Shown piece after piece: positions 30,223 through 39,700 of a stretch of DNA of 64,000 nt. How positions within the stretch are numbered: position 1 is the stretch's first letter; each line of letters opens with the position of its first letter. The position numbers were made by a program, and so were the translations under genes. Location: positions 1,376,001-1,440,000 of the forward strand of contig CP000066.1 in NCBI GenBank assembly GCA_000002445.1, written 5' to 3'. The stretch comes from Trypanosoma brucei. Its lineage: Eukaryota. The notes under the pieces were generated by a model, which did not search any database, was not told where the DNA came from, and saw only the letters and a list, made by a program, of their open reading frames with translations.

Positions 30223-30873
30223 GTGGTTACAAGCAATTATATATTGCGTTGCATTGGTCTACTTTCACTACAGATCGCAGAGGCGAGACAAATGGCGGAT
30301 AATGAAGAAGTGCCCCCTTCCGGTCCCCGGATGACTCGTGAGGAGACGGATGAACTCGTGCGGCGTCTGTACGACCAACAGATGGAACGCGCCGCCAGGC
30401 GTGAGGAGGAACGGCAGCGCCAACTCGCCAGGCCATTCTGCTCCAGTCGCCGGATAAAGAAGGATGAGGAGGAAAACCTTGTGCGCCGCATTTATGACGT
30501 GCAACGGGAGCGCTTTCAGCAGAGCAAGGAGGAGCGCGAACGACGATTGACACTCGAACTTCAAAGTAAGGACAAGAAGCTCCCCGAGTCGGAGATACAG
30601 GATCAGGTGGATCGCATCTACAATCAGGAGGTTGCTAAGAGTAAGGCACGCCGTGAGGAGCTACAAAAGCGGTACCTACCAGAGGTGCCTCCAAAGACAA
30701 TAGGCAAGAAGCAGCTAAAGGAGAGCGTTGAACGACTCTTTCGTGTTGACTACGTGAAACGGGATGAGGAACTCTTTAAGAAGCACGTGTACCCATACGA
30801 CCCACCAACGACGAAGATTTCCCGGACGGATGTGGAGGCGATGGCCAACCGTCTGTCGAGGAGGGGGTCATAA
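30223..30873 (+). CDS. Small charged protein built of four tandem units of about 35 aa, each with a V[RDE]R[LI][YF] core followed by a basic/acidic helix
   Basis: Units read VRRLYDQQMERAARREEERQRQL, VRRIYDVQRERFQQSKEERERRL, VDRIYNQEVAKSKARREELQKRY and VERLFRVDYVKRDEELFKKHVY. The true start is probably MADNEEV at 30292. Confidence 0.5.
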   Translation: MVTSNYILRCIGLLSLQIAEARQMADNEEVPPSGPRMTREETDELVRRLYDQQMERAARREEERQRQLARPFCSSRRIKKDEEENLVRRIYDVQRERFQQSKEERERRLTLELQSKDKKLPESEIQDQVDRIYNQEVAKSKARREELQKRYLPEVPPKTIGKKQLKESVERLFRVDYVKRDEELFKKHVYPYDPPTTKISRTDVEAMANRLSRRGS

Positions 30874-31454
30874 TGAACGGAGGAACAAAACATCCCATCC
30901 CTTTCTTCCGGTCCGAGACATTTTAACAGCGCGGTTCCAAGGAGGGGAGAATGCTAGAGCAAACAACACAGCCGTTAACCAATAACAAATGTTGTGAATG
31001 TTTTTGTACCATATGAGGTGCAATCCCCAGTTTGGATGCGACACCATTATTTAAATTCTCCTTTTTTTGTTTTGTATCTTTCCCCACTTTTCCCTTCCTT
31101 CTCTTGTTTGTCGGCTTGCCGCTCGAGTCTACGTGTGGTGACGGACGGGTATACGTTGAGAAAACATATTTTTCAGGAGAGGAGGAGGGGAGAAGGGGGC
31201 TTGCGTGTTCTTTCTTTCTGAGTGTGTGTGGAATATGCACGCGTATAAAGAAGGCTTATGAGAGAAGAATTACGTGTGAATCTAGAGAGTAGAGTTGTAA
31301 CAATGGGCAAGTGAGTGCATGGCAAAGTACATTCCGACACCTTAAGGAGTCAGAAGGTCAGTGTTGGCAAAGTTTTATTTGAGTTTTGTCCATTTTCATC
31401 TCAAACCCATCACACTCTCCCCCTTTTTACTTTTATTGTTTCACCAACATGAAA

Positions 31455-31458
<4 letters not shown>

Positions 31459-31498
<40 letters not shown>
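31459..31498. repeat. (AT)20 microsatellite
   Basis: 40-nt perfect AT dinucleotide run. Confidence 0.95.
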
Positions 31499-31501
<3 letters not shown>

Positions 31502-31543
31502 ACACGATGTATATGGCACTAGGTGGGGTCTTGGTTTTGTCCC

Positions 31544-31587
31544 TTTGTTTGTTTGTTTGTTTGTTTGTGTGTGTGTTGTTGTTGTGC
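31544..31587. repeat. Compound (TTTG)n-(GT)n-(GTT)n microsatellite
   Basis: tttgtttgtttgtttgtttgtgtgtgtgttgttgttg. Confidence 0.9.
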
Positions 31588-32123
31588 GGTTGGACTGTTT
31601 GATGTGGGACGTCGTCGCCATAGAGGTTTTCCCTCCGAAACTTTTTTGTCTTGAATGTGTTTCATGTAGTCCACCTGTCTGTTGTTCCCGATCTGCACGA
31701 GCACGGTTGTGGGTACGGATTGTGTAGGGTGTGCCAAGGGGAATTGAAAAAAGAAAAGGATAATAAAATTTTATGTGGTGTGTATTTATGCGCTTTGCGT
31801 CGCATGCACGCAGACTTAGTGCCAGCATAACCGTTCTTCTGTTTTTGTTTTCCCCCCTGTTTCTGATTTCATACACATTTTTTTTTGTGCGGTACATGCA
31901 GTGTGGGTGTCGCGAGTAGAAAACCGAAGACGTGAAGTTACTCCTGCACGGCTGTACACGAAGTGTGTGATAGAAAGATAATTAGGGATACGTGGGTGAC
32001 GCCTTTTTGTTTAGGTGCCCCAGTAGAAGCACATTAGGCGCTGCACGACGCATTTGGGGTGTTTAGGAGAGCATTTGTTACAGTGACGTCTTTGGAAGTG
32101 ACAGAACACTCGAGTGCTCATCT

Positions 32124-35100
32124 ATGGGAATACAAGGTGATTTGGCTCTTGCGGTAGAGGGAGCGCGTAATGGTACCGCTTCTTTTGACGACAGCCTTCG
32201 GGCAACTACGGATGAGCGTGGCTCATGTAGTATTGAAGCAGATAGGCTGCTATTTGTAAATACAGCGCTCCGTGCTATTCCTGGTCGGACGCTCTGCACC
32301 TTCTTCGCCCCTATCATGGGTGTCAAGCGCAATCTCCTCAATCGGAGACGACTCACGGAGCAACACATGTTATCTGACCCAGTGAAAGCGGAGAGGTTGT
32401 ACAAGGACGCTATTCGTATTCTTACTAAGACTCTTGTAGACGCATCGGCAGAGGTATTTGACTCGGCGGCGCCGATCGACGAGAAGGAGCTGGCTGCCGC
32501 CTTGAGGGGAAAATTGGTCCCGCAGTGTTACGAACCAGGAGCAGTTCTCGCGTATCCCGGGGAATTCCCCGAGGTTATGTTTGTGCATGTTGTGTTGAGT
32601 GGAAGCGTGCAGGTTGTGCACTATCAGCTGCAGAGCCGGAGAATGGGCTTCTCTGAGGGTAGTAGAAGGCAATATTTTGTGTCTAATGAAGTACTGAGGT
32701 TGAGTGGGGCCCTGGGACTTCAACCGGAACTTTTCAAATTGATCAACGCGGCACCGGAGCCGCTCAGTGACGGTGCGAGTGATATGGCTTCTCTTTCCAA
32801 CGTTTCGACCACTGCTACCCGCACAATGCGGCGCGTCTCGCGTATGATGGGACAACCCACACTCCAAGCAATTCGAACGGAGTTGAACCGGGCCCCATAT
32901 GTTCTTAGTGCACAGGAAGCACTTGGATTTGAGCCTTTTCGGCTCACCACAGTTACCGCTGAGGCAACGGGTCCATCTGGAAGGGGGGGCGAGTCGTCCC
33001 CGGATTCACGCATAATTCAGACAATGAGGATCCGTGCGAGGGACCTCCACAAAGCTCTTGTCCAGATGGCACTTTCTCATGCGGGAAAGCAGCGAACTGC
33101 CACATCACCAACGGCATCGAGTCGGCACACCTCTGCATTGATGGAATGCATTTCTGTGGCTCGAGTGAAATGTATATGCCGTCATTACCCACTTAACGAG
33201 ATTCTCATGCGTCAGAGCTGGTTGTTGCAGGACACTCCAGCCTACACAATAAGGGCTCTGGTGACGCAGCTAGCCCCTCGTTCGTACTTTCCAGGGGAGG
33301 TCATTCTTTGTCCCCACTCAACAAACAGACACCTGAGCTTCTTGCGGCGTGGCATAATGACTATTGAAGAGGTGCCGCCACCGGACCCTTCTAGGCCTAA
33401 TGCATGCCAATGCGGTTCTCTTTCTGGAGGGAATGTTCTGCAGGAGGTTCCTCAGGGTGCGTCGTTTGGCGAGTTGTCGGTGCTGTTCGGCGAACCTAGA
33501 CAGTTTGTGCTTCGTGCAAAGACACCGTGTGATGTTTGGTCCCTCTCACGACAGAGTTTTGCGGCAACTATCAGGCGTGATGATGCCCTCCGGGCAAGTC
33601 TGCTTTCGAAAGCCGCTGCCCTCCGTATGCGGTGGTTGGGAGAACAGCGGTACACTACGGTACTGGCGGACAAACTACGCGAATGTTGCGAACTCTTCCG
33701 CCACGCATCCGATAGTTTTATCCGTCTCATACAAGAGCGAGTGGAGCCTGTTGTGTATCCACCGGGGAGATTGCTAACGTCAACCTCTGCGCGCTGCATG
33801 GAGATGCTGATCATTACTCATGGTAAGGTTTCATCAATTGTTGATGGTGTGGCAGAATATGGCCCGGGGAGTGTCATTGGGGAACCAACTATAATCCTGC
33901 ACCGCTGGCCCCTTGGACTCGTCTCGAAGTCCATGGTGGAAGGATGGAAACTTACCCGACATCAGTTGCGGGATGCACTTGAGCGTGTGGAGGTGCTGCG
34001 TCAGCACTCTGGTGAGGTTGCAGGTCACGTCCAACAGCTCATGCAGAGTATATTTGCTCCCCCCGTCCCTCCATGCGGCGTGGATGCCGTTGGGCGGTCG
34101 CGGATGCCCTTGGTGGGACCACCTCCTTATGGGAACACATATTTCGAATACGCGGAATGGCTCGCAGAGGGTCAACTGAAGGCTCTTTGCTTTAAGCATC
34201 GCGAATACGTAAACTGGAAGGACATTTCTTACTCTACACTGTCTGGACAAGGTAAGAAGAAGCGGGGCAAAGTTTTTAAACTTTCAGAGACGTTTGACGT
34301 TCCTACGGTTGGTGATCACCGTAGCTCGCTTCCGGCATTAAGGCCCGTGACTAAACCACATGCACCGAAGCATAAGAGGAAGGAGCAGCCACGCAAAATT
34401 CGCTTTGCTTCCGCAGGGAGCACTTTTCCGTTTCACATTAATCCTGTTATTGGAAGGCAGCTTGTTGCACACCCGAATTCTGCAAAGCAACCTGTAGCCG
34501 TCCCCTTCGAAGCCGATCCATTCTTGGCGAAGCAGCGAGCCCTGACATCCGCCTTTGTGGAGAAAACTTTTAATGGTCCTCTGCCTCAGCTGCAGCAGAT
34601 GACAAATCTTCTAGAGAATCGTGACAAGTTGATGAAGGTGGAAGCGAAGCAGCACAAGCTAAATGACTCTAAGCAGGAGCGTATGAATGTAATTGACTTA
34701 ACTGAGTCAGGTGGACTCGCGCCCGTTCACATCTTTCTGCACGGGAGCAATCCCCGCGTGCACATTACAGTGGAAGAAGCGGTGGCCGTGGGGTACGTAC
34801 TACAGTTCCCGGACACCAAACGCATTCAATCGTGCGTCTCAAACATCGATTCGGACGTGACGCTTGGATTGCCGCAGCACCGGCAACGCCGGAGAGATAT
34901 GGCGTTTATTCCAAATGATCGACATCCTCGTTACTGTTTTCTCTTTGCCGCCTCTCAGCTCGGAGAGAGGAGTGCGGAAGAAGTTCTGCTTTACGAGGCC
35001 GCTGTACAGGAGGCGGAGAGCAAAGAACGAGCGCAGCATCTCACTGCACTTTTGGTGGCGCAGCTGCCAGAGAAGCACCGACCGTCAGCGGAGCAACATG

Positions 35101-36365
35101 CTGTAATTCCCGACGCAGAAAATACCGCAACGGGGGAGTGGAGGGGGGTTTCGATGCCTGTCACCTCTCTGAATCCTACCGTACCGGGAAATGCGGTCTC
35201 ATCGCGCCGAAGGTCTTCCTCGCCTCAAGTGAAAGATGCAACTGGTGAAACATTCCTACAGCATCTCCGCGACAGCCCCGAGCAGGCAATGAGTAAGATG
35301 CGCATGAAGTTTCAAGTTTCCGCTAATGCCGTTGAAGAAGTTGATGGAAGCAAAATTATTGCCACTCGGGCGAGCGGTGATGTCACGCCCCTGGCCGTTA
35401 GTGGCGCTGAGGGTTCCGACCAAAAGTTTGACCTGCTCGACCGTCTGCGCAGTGCGACAGCGCCAGTAGAGGGCATCAACGAGGGCGGTGCCGGCGAACT
35501 CCCTCCGCGAAGACCCAATGCGGATCCTGATGAGAAATCAGATAGTGGAACACACAGTGAAGGTGAACACACTATGGAGAAGTTCTTTAAGAAGGAAGAA
35601 ACCCCAGTCTTTGTTGACGGTTATGGGGAGCTCAGTACGGTACAAAGCAAATCCACTGTCGAGGTTGCAGCTACTCAACCCACAGTTCCTCCAACCGCGC
35701 GCGGGGAACCGAGTGAGAATTGGTTCACGGATTCACCACCAATACCTGGCGCCAGCAACACTACATGCGCATGGATGCCGCAGAACTTCACCATGCCTAC
35801 TGTTAGTGAGGCAACGGCGACTATGCGTCTGATCCAAAGTGATGTGGACGGCCTCAATGCCGTTGCGCAGGAGCAAAGGCGCGAGCGCTTGCAGCGGCGC
35901 AATATTCCCGGTGCTGGTGTCTTCGATCCTACCGCTTCTAATGTGACATCTCTTGAGTCACAGCGGTTGGTGGACGAGTGGGTTGCTGAATATCGTGGGC
36001 ACTCACGTGACCCTATGTGTCCTGCCCAGATTCCGCCACTACTGCTCGCAGAGGCTGGCACTGATTATCTTGCTGAAGAGTTCCGTCACACTCGGCGCCA
36101 ACATGTGGTTGCTGTGAAGGAAGCGCAGGGTGTTGAAATATGGCGTGGTGAGGTGGATGCACGTGCGCGTCGGGAAGGGAAGAATCGCCAGGATTCCAAT
36201 TCCCCCGGCGGCGGCAAAAGTGTTTTGGCAGTTATAGGAGGTACTAAACTTGGGTTTCCCGCGAAGCCGCTACGCAATCCAACAGCAAATATGAGCGCGG
36301 AGGAGTACGAGCGGTGGGTCAGTGAGCGCGACGCACTGTTTGCTTCAGCTGATGGTCGCCAATAA
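32124..36365 (+). CDS. Large protein (1413 aa) with multiple cyclic-nucleotide-binding-like domains and no kinase domain
   Basis: A phosphate-binding-cassette-like motif FGELSVLFGEPRQFVLRAKTPCDVWSL, matching the PKA-R consensus FGELAL...PRAATV. At least two further beta-barrel-like segments (GAVLAYPGEFPEVMFVHVVLSGSVQVV and GRLLTSTSARCMEMLIITHGKVSSI...GSVIGEP). The C-terminal half is low complexity. Confidence 0.6.
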   Translation: MGIQGDLALAVEGARNGTASFDDSLRATTDERGSCSIEADRLLFVNTALRAIPGRTLCTFFAPIMGVKRNLLNRRRLTEQHMLSDPVKAERLYKDAIRILTKTLVDASAEVFDSAAPIDEKELAAALRGKLVPQCYEPGAVLAYPGEFPEVMFVHVVLSGSVQVVHYQLQSRRMGFSEGSRRQYFVSNEVLRLSGALGLQPELFKLINAAPEPLSDGASDMASLSNVSTTATRTMRRVSRMMGQPTLQAIRTELNRAPYVLSAQEALGFEPFRLTTVTAEATGPSGRGGESSPDSRIIQTMRIRARDLHKALVQMALSHAGKQRTATSPTASSRHTSALMECISVARVKCICRHYPLNEILMRQSWLLQDTPAYTIRALVTQLAPRSYFPGEVILCPHSTNRHLSFLRRGIMTIEEVPPPDPSRPNACQCGSLSGGNVLQEVPQGASFGELSVLFGEPRQFVLRAKTPCDVWSLSRQSFAATIRRDDALRASLLSKAAALRMRWLGEQRYTTVLADKLRECCELFRHASDSFIRLIQERVEPVVYPPGRLLTSTSARCMEMLIITHGKVSSIVDGVAEYGPGSVIGEPTIILHRWPLGLVSKSMVEGWKLTRHQLRDALERVEVLRQHSGEVAGHVQQLMQSIFAPPVPPCGVDAVGRSRMPLVGPPPYGNTYFEYAEWLAEGQLKALCFKHREYVNWKDISYSTLSGQGKKKRGKVFKLSETFDVPTVGDHRSSLPALRPVTKPHAPKHKRKEQPRKIRFASAGSTFPFHINPVIGRQLVAHPNSAKQPVAVPFEADPFLAKQRALTSAFVEKTFNGPLPQLQQMTNLLENRDKLMKVEAKQHKLNDSKQERMNVIDLTESGGLAPVHIFLHGSNPRVHITVEEAVAVGYVLQFPDTKRIQSCVSNIDSDVTLGLPQHRQRRRDMAFIPNDRHPRYCFLFAASQLGERSAEEVLLYEAAVQEAESKERAQHLTALLVAQLPEKHRPSAEQHAVIPDAENTATGEWRGVSMPVTSLNPTVPGNAVSSRRRSSSPQVKDATGETFLQHLRDSPEQAMSKMRMKFQVSANAVEEVDGSKIIATRASGDVTPLAVSGAEGSDQKFDLLDRLRSATAPVEGINEGGAGELPPRRPNADPDEKSDSGTHSEGEHTMEKFFKKEETPVFVDGYGELSTVQSKSTVEVAATQPTVPPTARGEPSENWFTDSPPIPGASNTTCAWMPQNFTMPTVSEATATMRLIQSDVDGLNAVAQEQRRERLQRRNIPGAGVFDPTASNVTSLESQRLVDEWVAEYRGHSRDPMCPAQIPPLLLAEAGTDYLAEEFRHTRRQHVVAVKEAQGVEIWRGEVDARARREGKNRQDSNSPGGGKSVLAVIGGTKLGFPAKPLRNPTANMSAEEYERWVSERDALFASADGRQ

Positions 36366-36799
36366 ACGTGCGGGGAGAGGGGCTTCGAGAACGGGGAAGT
36401 GTACGGCTAAATAAATATGTATCATCGGTTGTTTTTTCCCTTTTCTCCTTTTGTTCCCGTGAGTTTGTTTTTATTTTAGTTTTATGTTAGAAGGGTTCAC
36501 GATCAGTGGGGTTTCCGTGTTTCATTTCTTCTTTTCTCCGCGAAGAGTTAGATTAGAATTATCCCTTTATTTTTTTTTCGACCGCCCCCTTTTTCTTGTT
36601 CCTCTGCTACGTGCTTTTCTATTTCATTGTAGGAACGACGTCTGGCGGTAAGCCGAGTATGTATATGTTTCTGTTGGGGAGGCGGGGTTCAACATGAAGC
36701 AAAGAGACCCGCACTTCGATGTACTGCCAATAACCGCAACAGCGCACACAACCAAAGCACGTATTCACTGCCCTATTTATTGACTAATGTTTGCTGACT

Positions 36800-36905
36800 T
36801 CCTTCCTTCTATTGTTCGCGGCATGCCTTCGTTTATCATTTTGAACAATCGAAAAGTTATTTTTACCGTTTTTCTTCCCTTCACTTTTTTGTTCGTTCAT
36901 TCATC
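36800..36905 (+). promoter_or_regulatory. Pyrimidine-rich tract upstream of Ku70; candidate splice-acceptor region
   Basis: ccttccttctattgttcgc...ccgtttttcttcccttcacttttttgttcgttcattcatcc, 40-140 nt upstream of the ATG at 36944. Confidence 0.4.
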
Positions 36906-36943
36906 CAATCATTTGTATTACTTACTAAGCTTGTGAAGGAGGG

Positions 36944-39199
36944 GTGCGCCGGGTTGGACCCATGGCGCACTATGATGAGTGGCTCATGTCAGTTGACGGG
37001 CTCGATTTCCACGACGAGGATGACAGCTATTTTAATGAAACTTATGCAACGGAGGATGAGCCTTCTCTCCGGACGGGTAGTGTCTCTTCTCTAGACCAGT
37101 TCGATGTGGTGCTGTGCCTCGTCGACTTTCAACAACGCATGTTCCAAGGTGTTGTTGCGCATGATTGCAAGAACCCATTTGCCGGTGGAGCAGAACAGGT
37201 ATACGACGATATCGCCGAGGTGAAAGTGAAAGAAACCCCCACAGTGTTCGAAAAGGCAATCTGCTGCGTTCAGCAACTGTACAAGGACAAGGGGATATCT
37301 GACAGCAACGATATGGTTGCGTTGGTGCTGTACAATACAAGGGAATGCACACATCCTGATTACCCTGGTGTATACGTCTTTCATACTTTTTGCTCAGCGG
37401 AAATACAATCTGTACTGGATTTGGAGGAACTTGTAGCTGCGGGGAGGGTACCGTCAGCGGGATATGAAAATATTGTGACGAAGATTGGCCATTCAACTGA
37501 AGCCAAGTCTCATCTCGGGGATGCGCTGCGGGCAGCCCGGCATTTGTTTTCCCAGCTGCCTTCCGAGGTCAAACATCGTCGAATTTTTCTCTTCACAAAC
37601 GACGTGAACCCACATCGCGGTGACGAGGAGCTTTTGCAGAAATGTGCTATCCAAATCGAGAGCTTGTCCTCTGGGGGAGTGGGCTTGGTGTGCTATGATA
37701 TGAGCCCCACTGCCCTTCCGTCACCGGCGGCTTCAACGCAATCGGGAGAAGCGGCTGCAATGAGTGAGCGTTGGGCAACACAGTTCGGCGGTGTGGACGA
37801 GTTTTGGAGTGCTCTTACGGGTGCGGTACCGAAGGCAACAAACAGTTCACGGGTTGGCACTATTGATATTGTTCACCTGAATAGCGACGATAGCGTTATG
37901 CTCGGAGCGCTCTCAACGGCAGTCCGCTGGCGCACACACCCACGGGGAGCCTCTCAAACGACAACACTAACTATTGGTGTAGGCGCAAAGGGCTCGGCAC
38001 TACCAAGACTGACAGTGGGTATGTATTTCCCGATGACAAATGCGCAGCGCCGATTATCGAAGTGGTTGGATGGACGCGCAGGTGAAATGGTAATGCTTCG
38101 GCAGCGTGCGGTGGGAGTGGGGGCCCCTATTTTGCTGCCTTGCCACGCGGGGAAGAGTGGTGCGCCACCTGCACATATCAGTACGGGGCAGTTGGGCAAG
38201 TCACGTCCAAGCACGGGACCGGGGACGTGCCCAAACGTTCCTCTAAGTTGTAAAAAGCATATCGCCGAGGTCGTTGGGGCGGGATTAACTCTCGGCTTTT
38301 CCATCATATGCTTCAAAAACGCTGATGACGTTCTGCACCCTCAGTACGTCCTGGGGAAGTCGTGCGTCCTCCACCCAGATCCGCAAGACGGTAGCGATGG
38401 CTCGCTTCGACTTTTCATTCGGTTGGCTCGAGCGCTGAAGGAGCAGCGGAAGGTTGCGATGGCGCAGCACATTACGCGCTACGCCACTCCTCCTCGTCTT
38501 GTCGCACTTGTGCCGCCCGGGCTCAACGGTGATCATATGGACACGGCTAGTTTCCCTGTGATGCACGGTCTTGGTTTGTACGTCGTGCCTCTCTCGTATG
38601 CTGACGACGTTCGTACCACCCCTCGATCCCCTCTCTTCGGCGATGCAACGAAACCTATGGAACGTGATATTGCTCTTGCACAGCGACTGCTGGCCACGCT
38701 GCCGTCTAAGTACAATGTGAACGTAGTTCCCAACCCTGCTTTGGAGCTACGCTATAAAGCTATTGAGAGTATTGTGCAACAGACACAGCAGCAGAGTGGG
38801 TTGTCAAAGGAAATTCCAGGGGTAGCTCCGTTCTCGCAACTGTCAAAGGCAGTTGATCGGACGTGGGGTGATCGTGGGGCTATGGCAAAATACGGCTCTG
38901 TGTTTGATGAGTTTAAGGCGGTATTGCTCCCTTCGTACAACCGAGACGAAACGTGTGGTCCTAAGACGAAAGCGGCGCGGAATGTGAAGGCGCGAGCAGA
39001 GTTGGCTGACGAGGACATCAAAGGTGTTGAAAGAATAATATCTGCCGTCGAGTCGGCGTTTCGGTTCCAGTCTATGGGGATGCTGACTGAACCGCAGTTG
39101 AAGGAGTATTTGCGCGTGATGGAGGGCGGTGCCTTTGGAGTCCGGAGAAATCCGGATATCATTCAAGCTGTGATATCTCAATTGCAAGGCGACATTTAG
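36944..39199 (+). CDS. KU70: Ku70 (ATP-dependent DNA helicase 2 subunit 1) homologue: vWA-like N-domain, Ku core, C-terminal SAP domain
   Basis: DVVLCLVDFQQRMF aligns with human Ku70 DSLIFLVDASKAMF. HRRIFLFTNDVNPHRGDE aligns with HKRIMLFTNEDNPHGND. LVALVPPG...MHGLGLYVVPLSYADDVR aligns with FVALVPQE...PPGFQLVFLPFADDKR. The C-terminal LTEPQLKEYLRVMEG is SAP-like, and the SAP domain separates Ku70 from Ku80. Confidence 0.85.
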   Translation: MRRVGPMAHYDEWLMSVDGLDFHDEDDSYFNETYATEDEPSLRTGSVSSLDQFDVVLCLVDFQQRMFQGVVAHDCKNPFAGGAEQVYDDIAEVKVKETPTVFEKAICCVQQLYKDKGISDSNDMVALVLYNTRECTHPDYPGVYVFHTFCSAEIQSVLDLEELVAAGRVPSAGYENIVTKIGHSTEAKSHLGDALRAARHLFSQLPSEVKHRRIFLFTNDVNPHRGDEELLQKCAIQIESLSSGGVGLVCYDMSPTALPSPAASTQSGEAAAMSERWATQFGGVDEFWSALTGAVPKATNSSRVGTIDIVHLNSDDSVMLGALSTAVRWRTHPRGASQTTTLTIGVGAKGSALPRLTVGMYFPMTNAQRRLSKWLDGRAGEMVMLRQRAVGVGAPILLPCHAGKSGAPPAHISTGQLGKSRPSTGPGTCPNVPLSCKKHIAEVVGAGLTLGFSIICFKNADDVLHPQYVLGKSCVLHPDPQDGSDGSLRLFIRLARALKEQRKVAMAQHITRYATPPRLVALVPPGLNGDHMDTASFPVMHGLGLYVVPLSYADDVRTTPRSPLFGDATKPMERDIALAQRLLATLPSKYNVNVVPNPALELRYKAIESIVQQTQQQSGLSKEIPGVAPFSQLSKAVDRTWGDRGAMAKYGSVFDEFKAVLLPSYNRDETCGPKTKAARNVKARAELADEDIKGVERIISAVESAFRFQSMGMLTEPQLKEYLRVMEGGAFGVRRNPDIIQAVISQLQGDI

Positions 39200-39700
39200 G
39201 TGTGGTGGGGCTTCACCTTTTTTCTCGTTTGCCTATATTTTCGCTTTGGTTTCCTCCTCGGTTGCGCTCTTCCGCCGTCGCTCGGCGGGGAAGGGGGCGT
39301 ATATAACCATTGCGAGTGCGCGTTGGCAACGGGGTTGGAGGTCTCTTTATGACACTGTGCGGGGATTCTTCGCTGAGGAAGATACCAAAGAGATAAGAAG
39401 GAAAACAAAACAAATACGAGTTAAACATTGTACTAACAATGTGCAGTTCTGATGTTGCATGTGTCCATTCCATGGACTCACTACGACATTACCCCTTCTT
39501 CCTTTCTCCCTTTTTACCAGAATATTTAAGGGATTATTATTAAGGTTTGTGCTGTTTGGCTCGGTTGAGGGTGCGGTGTCAGTGCGACGTTTGCCGCCAC
39601 CTCTTGTTTTATGTGCAGGAGCGCCAGCGAAAGGAGAGTGGTAGTTGGTGTCAAGTGACGGCACAAAGGAAATAAAGTAGAGAATCCCACTGCAAGGGGG

